Assembly: GCA_002633005.1 (NCBI GenBank)
Contig: NMRA01000025.1
Span: 469,502 to 533,501, forward strand
Direction: 5' to 3'
Source: Phoronis australis
Lineage: Eukaryota > Animalia > Phoronida
Length of the DNA stretch: 64,000 nt
Shown piece by piece: positions 28,480 to 41,468 of this stretch; within the stretch, counting starts at the first letter, position 1; every line of letters begins with the position of its first letter. The notes under the pieces are model-generated. The model was not told where the DNA came from. It did not search any database and was given only the letters and a program-made list of their open reading frames with translations. Made by a program: the position numbers and the translations under genes.

Positions 28480-29160
28480 TATTTGAACGTACCTTAGCCT
28501 ACAAAGTTCGGTAGGCCTAGGGCCAATTTACCGCAAGGTAGGTCGCGGGAGTTTGGAGTCTGTTGGGTGATAAATTCAAATTATTGTTCCGTGAAATACA
28601 GACAGGAGAACGTAGTTGCATGTTGTAATTTTAAACTTGCGATTTTTCAGTTCTAAAGACACAAAACGCTTGCTATCCCGGCCAGTGGCTCGGAACCCGA
28701 TCAGACCCATTGCGGCCGGACTGAAGACATCACGAACGTAAACCAGCCAAAGTTGGAAACTAAACTTCCAGTCACGTAAAGACTATACTAGTGAGCCAAA
28801 AAAATGTGCACGTGATTAATTTGTGAATTAGCTGCGAAACTGCGCGGTCGCCGCGAAGTCAGTTTACCCTTCCGCAGAACCGTCAGGGCAAAAGTTATAC
28901 AGTAACAATGATTCGAATAATGTATAAGGATATCTAAAGAAAGATTCCCCTAACATCTGACCATAGGATATAAAATCGAGTTATTGTTTCATAACAGTTT
29001 TCTGTCAGCAAACACTGAATTAGTATGCGCTCACACGGAATCGGTGCCCGCGGTCAATTAGCCGGTTTATTGCATCTAAAGCCGGTAACACAATGAATTA
29101 TTCATTGCTGGCTTCTCAAAACATGTACGCGCATGAACACTCCAAGGCATAACAAATATT
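28480..29160 (+). repeat. Diverged copy of the Kolobok-like left-arm family also at 32203-33530 and 38118-38950
   Basis: Shared blocks: cctacaaagttcgg, gtgaaatacagacaggagaa, ccagtggctcggaacccgatca, ccgtcagggcaaa. Confidence 0.8.
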
Positions 29161-30109
29161 CCTTTTGCGAGTTTATAACAACAATGCGAGATTATGTGAG
29201 ATTTAACTGTGACGTCACCGGAAATGGGGCAATAGCTTGCAAGCATTGGTGTTATGGCAAATGAACTTCAGATTCGCACTACAATACGTTCTATAGCGTT
29301 GTGTACTAATTTCGTCCCGTGTATTTTAAACGGGCGGTAGACGAAATCCGCTCACTGATTAAGTTTTCACCTCGCCAAAAATACATTTCACACCTACAAT
29401 TATCACCTACTAAGACGCTTACTTTCTTCAGTGATCCTTTTTGCTTCTAAACATATCTTCAATGAAGCATAGCTACTAGAATTCAGGTGACTTTGGCGAA
29501 GAATTCCAACTCCACTTTTTGGTTACCGTTAACTTTGACCGCGAGCGCGATAACCACAAAGTATTTCAACTGAGTCAGGTGAGTATGAGGCAAAGGCTAG
29601 CGCGAGACTGAGTAAAGCGCATGACCTGACGCGTGACACTTGCCCAATAGCATATCATATATATCCAGATATTGATAGAAATGATTTGTGCAGTTGTGCT
29701 TTTTTCTTCAACCAATGAGGTCACATTTCTAAATGAAACTCTACACTGACTAGAACTAACTTTGTTTTTTATTTCCCAAAGTTGAGCAGCATTTTTTTAC
29801 CCAAGATCACCTAAGTCTGATCAAACTTGAAGTTTATCAAATGGTGTTATTTTTGGCATGTGCTGTCGAAAGTTGGGATTGGAGAATATAATTTGGGACT
29901 TCATCTGAGACAATTCAAATAGAATTCAATTGACTCACTCAGTGTGAAATGTGCATTTTCCATGTTTTAGTAGCTACTGAGGGTGTACAGCTGAAGTCAT
30001 TCTGCTCTGTTGCTACCCTTGTTCCGATCTAACGACTTGTGTGGCTTCAGACAGAGATGACTCTCAACCCATTGACGTGTGGTCATGATGTGCCTTCTTA
30101 TTTTTTGTA

Positions 30110-30175
30110 GGTATCATTTGCTATTTGATGACAGTGTTGAATGTGGTACCTGCAGTGGCTGGTATCATCGTTTTT
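30110..30175 (+). pseudogene. PHD-finger-like fragment, probably transposon-derived
   Basis: After a tttttgtag acceptor, one frame reads DDSVECGTCSGWYH (C-x2-C-x2-W-x-H). Confidence 0.3.
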
Positions 30176-32202
30176 TAAAAATACTCTTTCCTTTGTTTTC
30201 ACATCAAACTCTACTGAATTTGAGCCAAAAATGAAGTCCTCATCAAAGAACACTTATTTTTCATGAATACATTTTGACTAAATTTTATAGGGTTTTGATT
30301 GACAGTGTTGGTAGTTGATTTCATTCTGCTCTGTTGCTACCAGTGTTTCGATTTAACGACATGTGTGGCTTCCGACAGCTATGATTTTTGGTCATGTAAG
30401 ATTTCGAAGGCACCATGATGTACGCTGTAACGAGAGTCCATTGTTAATGTATTTTGACACCATATCAAAGTGTTTGTTACTGCCATTTGTGGTCTGGAAG
30501 ATGCTGTTTTTGTCTCCTACAATCTTTTTAGTTAAAGGATATGGATTTTTAGCATCGACATATTCATTTAAATATTAAGAGTTTGTTTTCATAGATATAC
30601 CCAAAACTGTATATTTTCAAAGTGATTTTGTTTTGATTTTGAATCAAAATATTCGACTAAGATTTTTGATGCTGGAAATTCTAGTTTACTGTCTGTTATG
30701 GTTTTTCTTAAGTTCAAGAATATAGTCGTCTCCAGACTTCCATATGTATTTTACAATACGCGTTGTACTATTATTATCGTGAATGTACCCAAATTGTACA
30801 TTTTCAAGTCAGTTTGGAATTTATTTTATTTCTAAATATACTAGCATTTGTTATCCAAGGAGGCTATCCAATCGCCCTTGTGAATTTTGAATTGAGAGTT
30901 GTTGCTTCTGACTTGCAATTCATGTTAAGAACAGGTTTTGTACCACATTAAAGAACATGTTTTTTGTATTAATCAACAATTTTCAACATTTTCTCATGTC
31001 ACTAGTACATAATGTGTTCTTTCCTTTGTAATTATTATTTGGAGAAAATGAATTTAAATCTGAATGTTCTCGTCTCATTCTCTTGAGTTGGCTTTTTTGC
31101 GGGATACTTGCCCCAGGCAGTTATAGCTTTTGGGAAGTAGGTGTTCATTTTCTGCAAACCAGGACGTCTGAAAAATAACAACTGGTTCCAAAATTGTTAT
31201 ATTTAGTAGGACTTGAACAGTGTTTATTACAACTTCAAGTTAGCGACTTTATCTTAGTAGTCAACGAAACAACTTTTTAGGTTCCAATGTGGAAATCCGA
31301 AAATTGCGTGATATTGGTAACTTATGAAACGCAAGCAATCGTCTTGTTGCTGTGTTCCCGAAAACGCTTCTTCAGTCTTGTACAGGGACCTGAAAATGAT
31401 AACGTAGTAACGGTATTCACTTTGAGAAGAAATGTAGCTAATTCGTAACTGCTGCTCAAAAAATAGAACTTTCATTCCTAAAATCTCCAAGTCGGATTAT
31501 TTCTGTTTGGCATTGTTCCGTTTCATATCAGCGTGATTGCAATTTCGTGTCGAGGCAATTCGTCACTTCTAGGTCTTTTCAAGAACTTAACAGTAAGCCT
31601 AACGTCGCAAATTACATTTGGTTCTGGTCTGTGCTCTTTGCATGACTTAAAGATACGCCAGAAATTTTGAAAAAAATGGTTGTGGTCCACGCCCGCATCA
31701 TTTTGAACCTTGCGCTTCTCTGTTAATGCAAACTAGTGAAACCCGCATCACCGCACTATTTTAGCAGATAACAGGCTAATTTTTCAGTGTTTTCTTATCC
31801 ATGTTCATACAGGAACAAGAAAAAGTGCACGCCCGCATCAGTAGCAAAGTTGACGATTTTTTTAACACAAGCGCATCCACGCACAATGACTTGCCAACAC
31901 GTAAGGTTAACGATTAAGAAAGACCTTTGTTGAAAATCTCATACATCTTGTTTTTGAAAAAAAATCAACCAAAAAGAAAATCGCACCCCTTCACTTTTCA
32001 AATAGCTACAGATTTACACATTAAAAGGAATGAGGAATATACATATATATTGCTTCACAAATTTCAATAAACTTTAAGACATTGGTTTGCCATATTTCAC
32101 GGGCGTCTTGGCATCGAAATGCAATTAATGAGATCAGTTAAAGTGAAGACAAAATGCTCAAATCAGTGAACAGTTCCTTTGGGAATATGTAGTGGCCCTT
32201 AA

Positions 32203-34110
32203 AGGAGCATGCCACCCAAAAAACAACCTAATTTGTATCAATTTAGATCGAGTAGTTCTACTCCATAACGACACGTACATGTACGGTTGCGTTACCTGAC
32301 ACCTGACGGCAGACGGAGGTGTTGAAATTATCCATTGACGTCATCGGTTTCACACGCTGTCTGTTCAACAGTTCTCAACACTGGTTACTGGTGTCAGATT
32401 ATCGCTTGAAGTCATCGTTTAACACCAATAAATCATCAAACTTCGATGTAAAACCCTTAAAAATACACCGAGTTCTTATAAAAACGTGTTGTTTTATTTC
32501 GCTCTTACGGATTTATTGGTATTTGGACACACCGTAGCCTACAAAGTTCGGCAGGCCAATAAGGTCCGTAGCAGGAGTTTGGGGTCAGTTCGGAGATAAT
32601 TTCGAAGTATTTTCCGTGAGATACAGACAGGAGAACCTAGATCTGTGTTGTTTAGACTTGTGATTTTTTGAGTTCTAAACACAAAACGCTTGTTATCCTG
32701 ACCAGTGGCTCGGAACCCGATCAGGCCCATTGCGGCCTCATTATCATATTGTTTGGATTCTCAGGTCAGTGACCCTCTTTACCACGTGATCTCTTTGTCT
32801 TGTTGCAACACTGGGCCATCGTCCACAATTCAATCCAAATTTCAGTTTGCACTCAATTTCTCTTTCCCTCCCTCCCGCAAACCAATTTTCCGTACTTCCC
32901 TGTTTATCCTTACCTTCCCCATGTCGCTGTCCCGGTGTTGCTGTTATGCTTCCGCATATTATTACTTAACTTTCTATTCCCACTTTCGTATACCTTCATT
33001 GCTGCTAGGCAGATTGTCACCCCACCTGTACAGTTCAACATACTATGTAACTTTTGTAATTACCGATATCTGTAGTAGTTTAGTTTGTCATAATATATAT
33101 GACCTTTTATCTCATCTACACGTGTTGTTTCACTGTAAATTAGCTTCGGTATCGCTTCGCAGTTAGCGCATATAAAATACTATTTTAGTGAGCCAAAGTA
33201 ATGTGCACCTGATTATGTTGGTGAATTAGCCATAAAATTGCAAATCTACTTACTCGTCGGGGGCCGCGAATTCAGATTCCGCTTTGGCCACAGCACCGTC
33301 AGGGCATAAGTTGTACATTGACAATCATTATTTGAGTAATGTAAAAGGAAATAAAGATTCCCCTAACACCTGGCCAGTTTCTGCCAGCAAACACTAAATT
33401 AGCAGAGTCACACGGCCTCGGTGTCCCGTCAAATAGTTTTATTGCACCAAAGCCGGTAACGCAGTGATTTATTCTTTGCTGGCTTGTCAAATCATTTGCA
33501 CTCACGAACACTCCAAAGGCATTATAAATGCATCTAAAGAGACAGACTTTGTTTCAATTTTATATAAGTGTTGGTTAGGGTGAGAATAATTCATTTTGAA
33601 ACAGAACGCTCAGTAATAAACGCCAACATGGCAACTTGCAATCCCGACTTAGGACGAGCTAGAACTCATCGCAGGTGGATCGTTAAGTTTTACAGGCTAT
33701 CCATTCGAACAGGAATACAGTGATGAAGAAATACTAGAGAGGCGCCGTGAACAAGCTCAGACAACGGGACGTATGGAGTTATTTGGTAATCCGGCATTCG
33801 TCAGGCACTGTCGACGTCTGCAGGCCACAGACACGGGTATGTTTCACGGCCTCATACTTGCTATTTACAGCGTACATTTCATTCTTCACTACCATGAGCC
33901 ACTTCCTAAGCATTTCGGACTCTCGAGGAAGTAAAAAAAACGATATACCCGCTTTCCTCGCAGCTGCTTAGTTCAGACAAGCGGGAACGATGCACCGCAA
34001 CACAGCGGCATTCACTCTGCATATGAACCACTGACGTCGCTAGCGTCGTTTCTCACCTTCCTCACAGGTTAACGCGACACCTCTTGGCAAGGTAAGGTCG
34101 ACCGTATGCG
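32203..34110 (+). mobile_element. Kolobok-like left arm with a possible P2X7-C-terminal-like accessory gene remnant (~33630-33970)
   Basis: TTAA|AGGAGCATGCCACC terminus. Downstream frames read GYPFEQEYSDEEI and FTAYISF...IPAF, weakly like Kolobok accessory proteins. Confidence 0.55.
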
Positions 34111-34512
34111 AGGCGATGTGGANTATAGCATGATGCCAAAAGCTTGTCTTGCTGCATGACTTCAATTCGGTATGGTATAATCTGCGGCACTGGGGGTTTG
34201 TACGGAAAACTTCTTCATGATAATGAGTCGCACATTCTCATGTGTTCAGTGTCCTGAAATTAAGTTGTGATATCAGATGGTGATACTCTAGACCGGATCG
34301 GGATTTGCCTGCATTAGAATAATTAGGTCATTCTAATATGGACAGTCTAGGCTCATGCTAGCCATTTGCCACCATTGGCGAGTTCTGAGTGGCACTGGCG
34401 ACGGTATAGCTAAGTCCATTCGCCAACTTGGCGAATGATTTTGCAGCTTAACCATAAAAATTAATTTCACGCGACAACGGCAAAAAAGACTAATTAAATC
34501 GGGTGGCATTCT

Positions 34513-34760
34513 TTAAAAGGGCCTTTGGGTTTCATTCAGATGCACAAGGTCACGATGCATGAGCTTGTGATTGTTCCGAAATCGCCGGTGAAACCAAAAC
34601 ATTACATTGGGAGAATGTTCGAATGTCTCCCGCAGCAGGGTATTCAATGTATCTGCTTTCTTGTCATATCCTGCCAGGTTGTACCTGTACAGGACAGAGG
34701 ACACAAGAATGGTAGACACTTGATACACTTGCTGCAAATGCTTGGTTACGCCCTTCTTAC
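34513..34760 (-). pseudogene. SGNH/GDSL esterase C-terminal fragment, retroelement ORF1-like
   Basis: ILVSSVLYR...LNTLL...NVMFWFH...RDLVHLN contains the DxxH block V motif. There is no N-terminal GDS block. Confidence 0.6.
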
Positions 34761-36212
34761 ATTTGTCCGTAAGAACTTCAATGTATCACGCACAATGTAC
34801 ATCGCAACTGCTAATCGCGCAACTGAGCCGACATTATATATTAACTTGAAAAGATCCTCAGGCCCAGTCTGGGCCAGTGACTAAATGAAAAAAAATAAAA
34901 AGCAGTGACCTACATCATTTTACAACTGGATGTTCCCGCTATGTCGCTGGCTACGATACGAAAATTAAATTGTGACAAAAACATTTCTTAGTGGTAACAC
35001 CACCAACAGGAACCTCAAATCTTGAGTGGCGATTCTGTTTCAGAGTGAATCCTAACATACCGAATTGGAAAATGTTTGAACGTTACTCAAACCTCAGTGA
35101 AATAGGAATACGAGGGATTAAACCAAACAATTTTGCATTCGTTTTTAGCCAGCTAAAGGAGTTATGCTGTTTAAAAATCTTCTCACTCACTGCCATCCTA
35201 TTATTAACTCTCGCTATTTTGATGATAACCCCTCCCAATTAGCAAAATCGAAAACTTTGTATGAAAAGTGCTATAAAGATAAGATAAACTTCATTATGCG
35301 CCTTTTAAAAGAATAAGTGCTCAGAAGGAATTTTACATACAGGTAGTTAGATGTCTATTCCTGCCGACGACCAGTAAACAACCGCTCAGTAAAGCTTAAT
35401 ATGAACTCTCTTTTTAAATTATTCTGCTCATAGAAACATATGGGCACATTTTTTGACAACTATGATACAATTTCTGGGACTGCATTAAGCACAGAGTCAA
35501 GATAGGTAGGTTTTTTTAATTTGACCATTTTGTTTTGATGTCTTAGTTACTTGCAAATCGTCATCAAAATGGTATGTGTTGTCAATAAAATCAGACAAAG
35601 ACGATTTTGGATGACCAATTAATAATTTATTAGTACAACCTAAGGTGTATCAAGAGACTGGCGCAACGAAATTAAAATGAGTTGTTTTCAATCTCAGTAT
35701 TTTCCGCTATGCGCTGGTCATAGATGTATATTGGGCTGCAAGGGATGATCAAGTTATTAGAAAGAGTTATTGGTCCAATACATTACGAAAAATGTTGGAA
35801 AGGATGTTGAGCGGAACCACGCAAAGAAAAATTGGAATTCAGTTGATATGAAAAGTAATGTTAAGTTATTTTACAGTGATACTTGCATTCTACAGATTTT
35901 ACCTGGCGCAATTATCGTACTTTCAATTTTGTCTTTCTCAAGATTCCGATGGCACTGTAAAGTACAAGCAATGCTGTGCAATATCTTACAATGGATGCCG
36001 GCTTTAGCGTTTTAGCACCCAAATTAAGCTGCGCCTCCAATTTCACACCCGATCTTATTTGCCACCTGGTATTGCTTTCCCTGTCTGTTTTGCGATTGGC
36101 TAATTGAAGTTAACTGAGTAGTCCAATTAAAAAGTCTGGTGACTGTCAGAGCATGTAATATTTGTATTTAAATTTACACTGTCTGGATAAGCCACATCAT
36201 GACTGACTATTA

Positions 36213-36700
36213 GAGCATACACAATATCAAGAGCACAATCGTGAAATTTGGCACACAACATATTTATAGTGTCTAATGAAAATTTAGAAGACAACAACAA
36301 TTGTCTTTAAACTTGGCTGACTATGAGAGCCAAAAAGCTAGCATAACTTAGGCCACACATGAAATTCTCGTTCATTCTTATGCAAAGTCAAAGCAAAATA
36401 GCTTCCAAAATCTACAATATCAGGAGCACAATCATGAAATTTGGCACACAACATATTAATAGTGTCTAATGAAAATCTAGAAGACAACAACAATTGTCTT
36501 TAAACTTGGCTGACTATGAGAACCAAAAAGCTAGCATAACTCAGGCTAAACATGAAATTCTCGACCATTCTCAAAGCAAAATCGCTTCCAAAATCTACAA
36601 TAACAAGAGCACAATCGTGAAATTTGGCACACAACATATTCATAGTGTCTAATGAAAATCTAGAAGACAAAAACAATTGTCTTTTAAGTTGACTGACGAT
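36213..36700. repeat. ~190-bp tandem repeat, about 2.5 copies
   Basis: gagcacaatc(g/a)tgaaatttggcacacaacatatt recurs at ~36231, ~36424 and ~36608. Confidence 0.9.
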
Positions 36701-37435
36701 GCACATTGTTTTTGTTGTCGCTCACGAAGTCTGCAATTCAGCTTATTTTTCGGTGATGCCAGGACTGCAAGGAAAGACAACAAAACAGTATTAATCAATG
36801 TGTAAATTCATTAACATATACGACAAATGACGTTATTTTTTTACGTATTTACAGAAATTGTTTAAACTGAAGCTGAACTATAACTCTTAGATAAGTTTCA
36901 AGACCATTTCAGAAGAAATTTGTGCAATAATGGTACTGTCGTGGATGCATTATTGAGTTTGACAACATTGTTCGTAATTGTTCAATTAGATCCTAATCCA
37001 TGTTTGTCCATCTTGAATGACCTATGTTTACCATGCACGTAGTTGTACACTTGGCATTTATCAACCCCGCCAGCACCACAGCACCCAATGTCTCCATCTA
37101 CGATGTCTTTTATGCATTGCACTTGAGGTCTCTGCCATCTGAAAATAAAATGTTTAAATTGAAGTTGAACAACAGCTAGACATATCAACTCTCACCCCTT
37201 TTTTCAGATAAAAATTTGTTCACCCTGAACTTCAATATTACTATCAAAGTTAGAACTGAACTGTTGTGTTCATTACCTATTATCATTTATTATTAGTAGT
37301 AAACTAGGTGATTGGAGGCAAAAAACTATCAAGAAATAAAAACTGTGTTTGTTGGACGTTCAACATCATTGTACAAACAGATGAAGCCTGTGTCGTGTAA
37401 AATGAAAATCAATAATAATGGAAGAGTTTTGGGTA

Positions 37436-37742
37436 GGTGCATCCGTCCAATTCTATTGGACAGGTGTGTTATTGAACAATAGTGCATCCGTCCATCTGAA
37501 AAAGCAGTCAGAAGTGGCTGTGGATGCATTATTGGACAGAGGTGTCATTGCACAATATTGCATCCGTCCATCTGATAAAGCAGCCGGAAGTGGCTGTGGA
37601 TGCATTATTGGACAGAGGTGTTATTGCACAATAGTGCATCCGTCCATCTGAAAAAGCAGTCAGAAGTGGCTGTGGATGCATTATTGGACAGAGGTGTTAT
37701 TGCACAATAGTGCATCCGTCCATCTGATAAAGCAGCCGGAAG
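37436..37742. repeat. 76-bp minisatellite with an internal inverted repeat, about 4 copies, running into an N
   Basis: gaag recurs at 37511, 37587, 37663 and 37739. Each unit contains ggatgcattattg...caatagtgcatcc. Confidence 0.92.
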
Positions 37743-39294
37743 NTAATCGACGAAGCACAATGGTACAAAGCTTTCATAATTTTGGAATAGACAAGACAGA
37801 ATTGAGTATCTTTTACCAGAAAAACATCCAGATAGCATCAATACAATTAAATATGATAGGTCCTGATAAACGCACTCGGTATTCGAAGAAATGAAATCAG
37901 TGTCCGCTATTCGCGACTGGGCTTTGACAGTCCGGATAAAAACTTCGGTTTACAACTTAAGGTTCGAGACACAACACTAAAGTGGCTAGAAAATTAAATC
38001 GTGATTCAATAAAAGGCTTAAATTACCTCTCTGAAATCAGGACATCCCGCAGACTGAGTGGGCTCCAACTCGGCTTCACTCGCCGAAGACTCCGGTGCGG
38101 GGTGTGTATAGCCTTAAAGGAGAATGCCACCCAAAAAACAACCTTTTTCGTATCAATTTAGATCGAGTAGTTCTACTCGATAACGGCACATTCTGTTGCG
38201 TTACCTGACACCTGACGGCAGACGGAGGTGTTGAAATTGTCCAATGACGTAATTGGTTTCACACGCAGTCTGTTCAGCAGTTCACAACACGGGTTAGTGG
38301 TGTCAGCTTATCGCTTGAATTCAACGTTTAACACCAATAAATTATCAAACTTCGATGTAAAACCCTTAGAAATAAACAGAGCTCTTATAAAAACGTATTA
38401 TTTTATTTCGCTGTTACGGATTTACTTGTATTTGGACATACCGTAGTCTACAAAGTTCGGCAGGCCAATTTACCAAGGTCCATAGTAGGAGTTTGGGGTC
38501 TATTCGGAGATAAATTCGAAGTATTCTTACGTGAAATACAGACAGGAGAATCTAGATCTGTTTTCTAAACATACAAAACGCTTGTTATCCCGGCCAGTGG
38601 TTCGGAACCTGACTACGTCCGGCGTCGCGGCCAGACAGACTCGTTATCCCGGCCAGTGGCTCGGAACCCGATCATGCCCGTCGCGGCCGCCGGGACTGGC
38701 ACGAACATAAACCAGCTTGAGTTATAAACTAAACCTCCAGTTACGAAAAGACTATAATAGTAAGCAATGTGACGTAATTATTTATGTGAATTCGCCACGA
38801 AACTGAAAATCTACTTACTTGTCGGGGACCAAGAAGTCTTGAGGTTCTCCTTCCACAGACCGTCAGGGCAAAGGTTGTACAGTAACAATGATTTGAATAA
38901 TGTATTTGTATTTCTAAATAACAGATTCCTCTAACATGTGACCATAGCAATACCCCAACGTTTACAAAAATGTTCTGAAATTCCTTATTGTTTCTATATG
39001 GATGTCAAAAACTCAGCCCAAATGAAAATAAGGTTTTATTTGAAATACTATAAGAATTTCTTTATAACATTAAACCTCTTTGTCTGAGTGGATAGAATTG
39101 TATACGTGTATGAAAATGAATTATTTACATTCGTAATTATATCATTGTAGTCTTAACATCAGCTTTTTTATTTATGTATTCGTGTATTATAATTGTATAT
39201 AGACTTCTTTGTATTTTTCTAACCCAGATCTAATGCCTCTTGGCGCTTTCTGGGTTATGCATATGCATTGTATTCTGAAGATTTCGTAATAAAC

Positions 39295-41010
39295 ATTAAA
39301 AAATAACGGTTTTAAGACTTGACATGTTTCGGTGTCATTTATACAACACCGTCTTCAGAAGTGAGAATACAGTGGCCACCTAGCTAGGCCCAGCAATAAG
39401 TAATGAAGCACAGATACAGTCAGTTACAGGGAGTGACAATGAACTAGACGAAAAATGACAACCTGTGGTGTGTCAGTTGCCTATTGAGATTGGGCTTGCA
39501 CCAACTGATGTGTAAAGCCTCACGAATTTTAAGCTCCTTTGTTGTTACTGCCTGGTCTATTGCTGCAAAGTCATTGAAAGAGCACTGCTGATAACAACGA
39601 TTGGAGCTCTGTATCTGAATATTCACATGTGAATTCCTGTCAGAATTTAGATGTTCCTTGGTCCTGGTTTTCAAATGGCGAACAGTTTCGCCTATATAAC
39701 TGGAGCCACATCCAGCACAGATAAATTTGTATACCTTGGACCGTAGACCCGGCCATAGAAATTTTGTCCTTAGGGTTAAATAAATTCGACAGTTTTAGAG
39801 ACTTGAATGTTAATACAACTCTTAAGTTCACACAGTAATCATTCACCAATTTGTTGAGTTTTCGTTGAGCAATCTTGGCGTAAAGCCCAACATAGTACAT
39901 GTAGTTAGTTTTGTCTACAGGATGAACATCATCAGGGTACGTTGGAGTCTTGCTTTCAGTACCCTATTGAATAATTCTAGGGGATATTCATTCTTTTGCA
40001 AATTCGTTGTAAGTTCTTTAATATTAGAATCAAATCTAGCCCGAGTGTTGTTAATGCGATATACCCTGTCTGTTAGAGTTTTAATGAGACCTACTTTATA
40101 AACAAAGGATGCGAAGCTATGAAAACAAGTGTACAGTCCTGTGTAGGTCTTCTTATGAAATACTGATGTTATCACTGCTCAGGTACCCTCACGCTCCACT
40201 AACACGTCCAGAAATGGCAAAATGTTATCGACCTCTAACTCTACACTGAATTTCAAGTTAGGATGCGTCGAGTTTAAATACACCAAAAATTCCTGGGCTG
40301 ACTGCTGATTTTCAAATATACAAAACACATCATCTACATATCGTCGATAGAAATAGACGTGAGGACCAGTGTATGCCTCAATCCATGTTTTCTCATGGTG
40401 ACCTAAAAACATGCCAGCTAGTATGGGAGCCAAAGGTGAACCCATTGCTATACCATCAATTTGGTTTAAAACCTCCCCATTAAATACAAAATGGGTTTTG
40501 CTGGTAGCAAATTTGAATAGCTCCATGAGTTCAGCTCGAGTAATCTTTACACTGGGATTGTTTTTCATTATACAATCAGTAGCCAACGATATACATTCGT
40601 CCACAGGTAGCTTAGTAAACAAACTCGCAATATCAAAAAAGCCATGAAACGATTCCTGAGAATATGACCCCTAACCTCAGAAACAAAAGAGAATGTATCA
40701 CCTGTTGTGTAGTCCTCATTTACATGTGATTTGAGTAGCTTACATAGATACTTGGCAAGATTGTAATTGAAAGTATTCACAGATGACGCAACAGGTCTAA
40801 ATGGAGGGATGGAATCCATTGTCTGTTTGTGTATTTTAGGTAGACCATATAGTCTACCTGGCTGTGAACCTTGTGGATACAAATAGTTGTACGTTTCAGT
40901 ATCTATATAGGCGAACCGGTTCGCCATTTGAAAACCAGGCCCAAGGAACATCTAAATTGTGACAGAAATTCACATGTAAATATTCACCTACAGAGCTCCA
41001 GTCATTGTTA
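39295..41010 (-). mobile_element. Penelope-like element (RT + GIY-YIG, frameshifted) with an inverted EN segment at its 5' end
   Basis: RLYGLPKIHK, PFRPV, QIDGIAMGSPLAP, YRRYVDDVF, LPFLDV, KKTYTGLY, RTKEH, KIREALHI..KPNLN. Segment ~40900-41010 is an inverted copy of 39590-39698. Confidence 0.93.
39317..39362 (-). ncRNA. Minimal type-I hammerhead ribozyme with an intact core
   Basis: Minus strand reads ACUU CUGAAGA C GGUGUUGU AUAA AUGACACC GAA ACAU GUC AAGU: 4-bp stem I, 8-bp stem II, palindromic ACAUGU stem III and a GUC cleavage triplet. Confidence 0.85.
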
Positions 41011-41237
41011 TCACAAAACACGATCCATTCACCCAAATCCACGGGACACGGACTCACATTCACGAAGAAACGCGGTTAACGGACCGCCAAACACGGATTA
41101 CGGACGAAATGTAGATGTCATCTGACCCAGGAAGCCGTTGAGTCCGTGACCCGTGTTTGGCGGTCAGTTAACCGTGTTTCCTCGTGAATATGAGTCCGTT
41201 TCCCGTGTATTTGGGTGAATGGATCGTGTTTTGTGAG
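41011..41237. repeat. Fold-back inverted repeat with ~85-bp arms, followed by short cgtgt-rich subrepeats to ~41330
   Basis: cacaaaacacgatccattcacccaaat...ccgccaaacacgg is the reverse complement of ccgtgtttggcgg...atttgggtgaatggatcgtgttttgtg. Confidence 0.85.
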
Positions 41238-41468
41238 TCCGTTCCCGTGTTTGTGAGTCAGTGGACGGTGTTTGAAGGTCCGTGAGTCGTGTTCATGCGT
41301 CGTGACCGTGTTTATGAGTCCGTTAACCGACGGTGTATTATAGGTACCTTGATATAAATCTAATAAGTTTTGACTGGTTTCAGAAACTGTATATTTTAAT
41401 CTGTGTTTTAAAACTTGGGTGGTCTTCTTCCGGCTTTGGAATCGTTGTCACTTTGAAAAGCACTTAAT

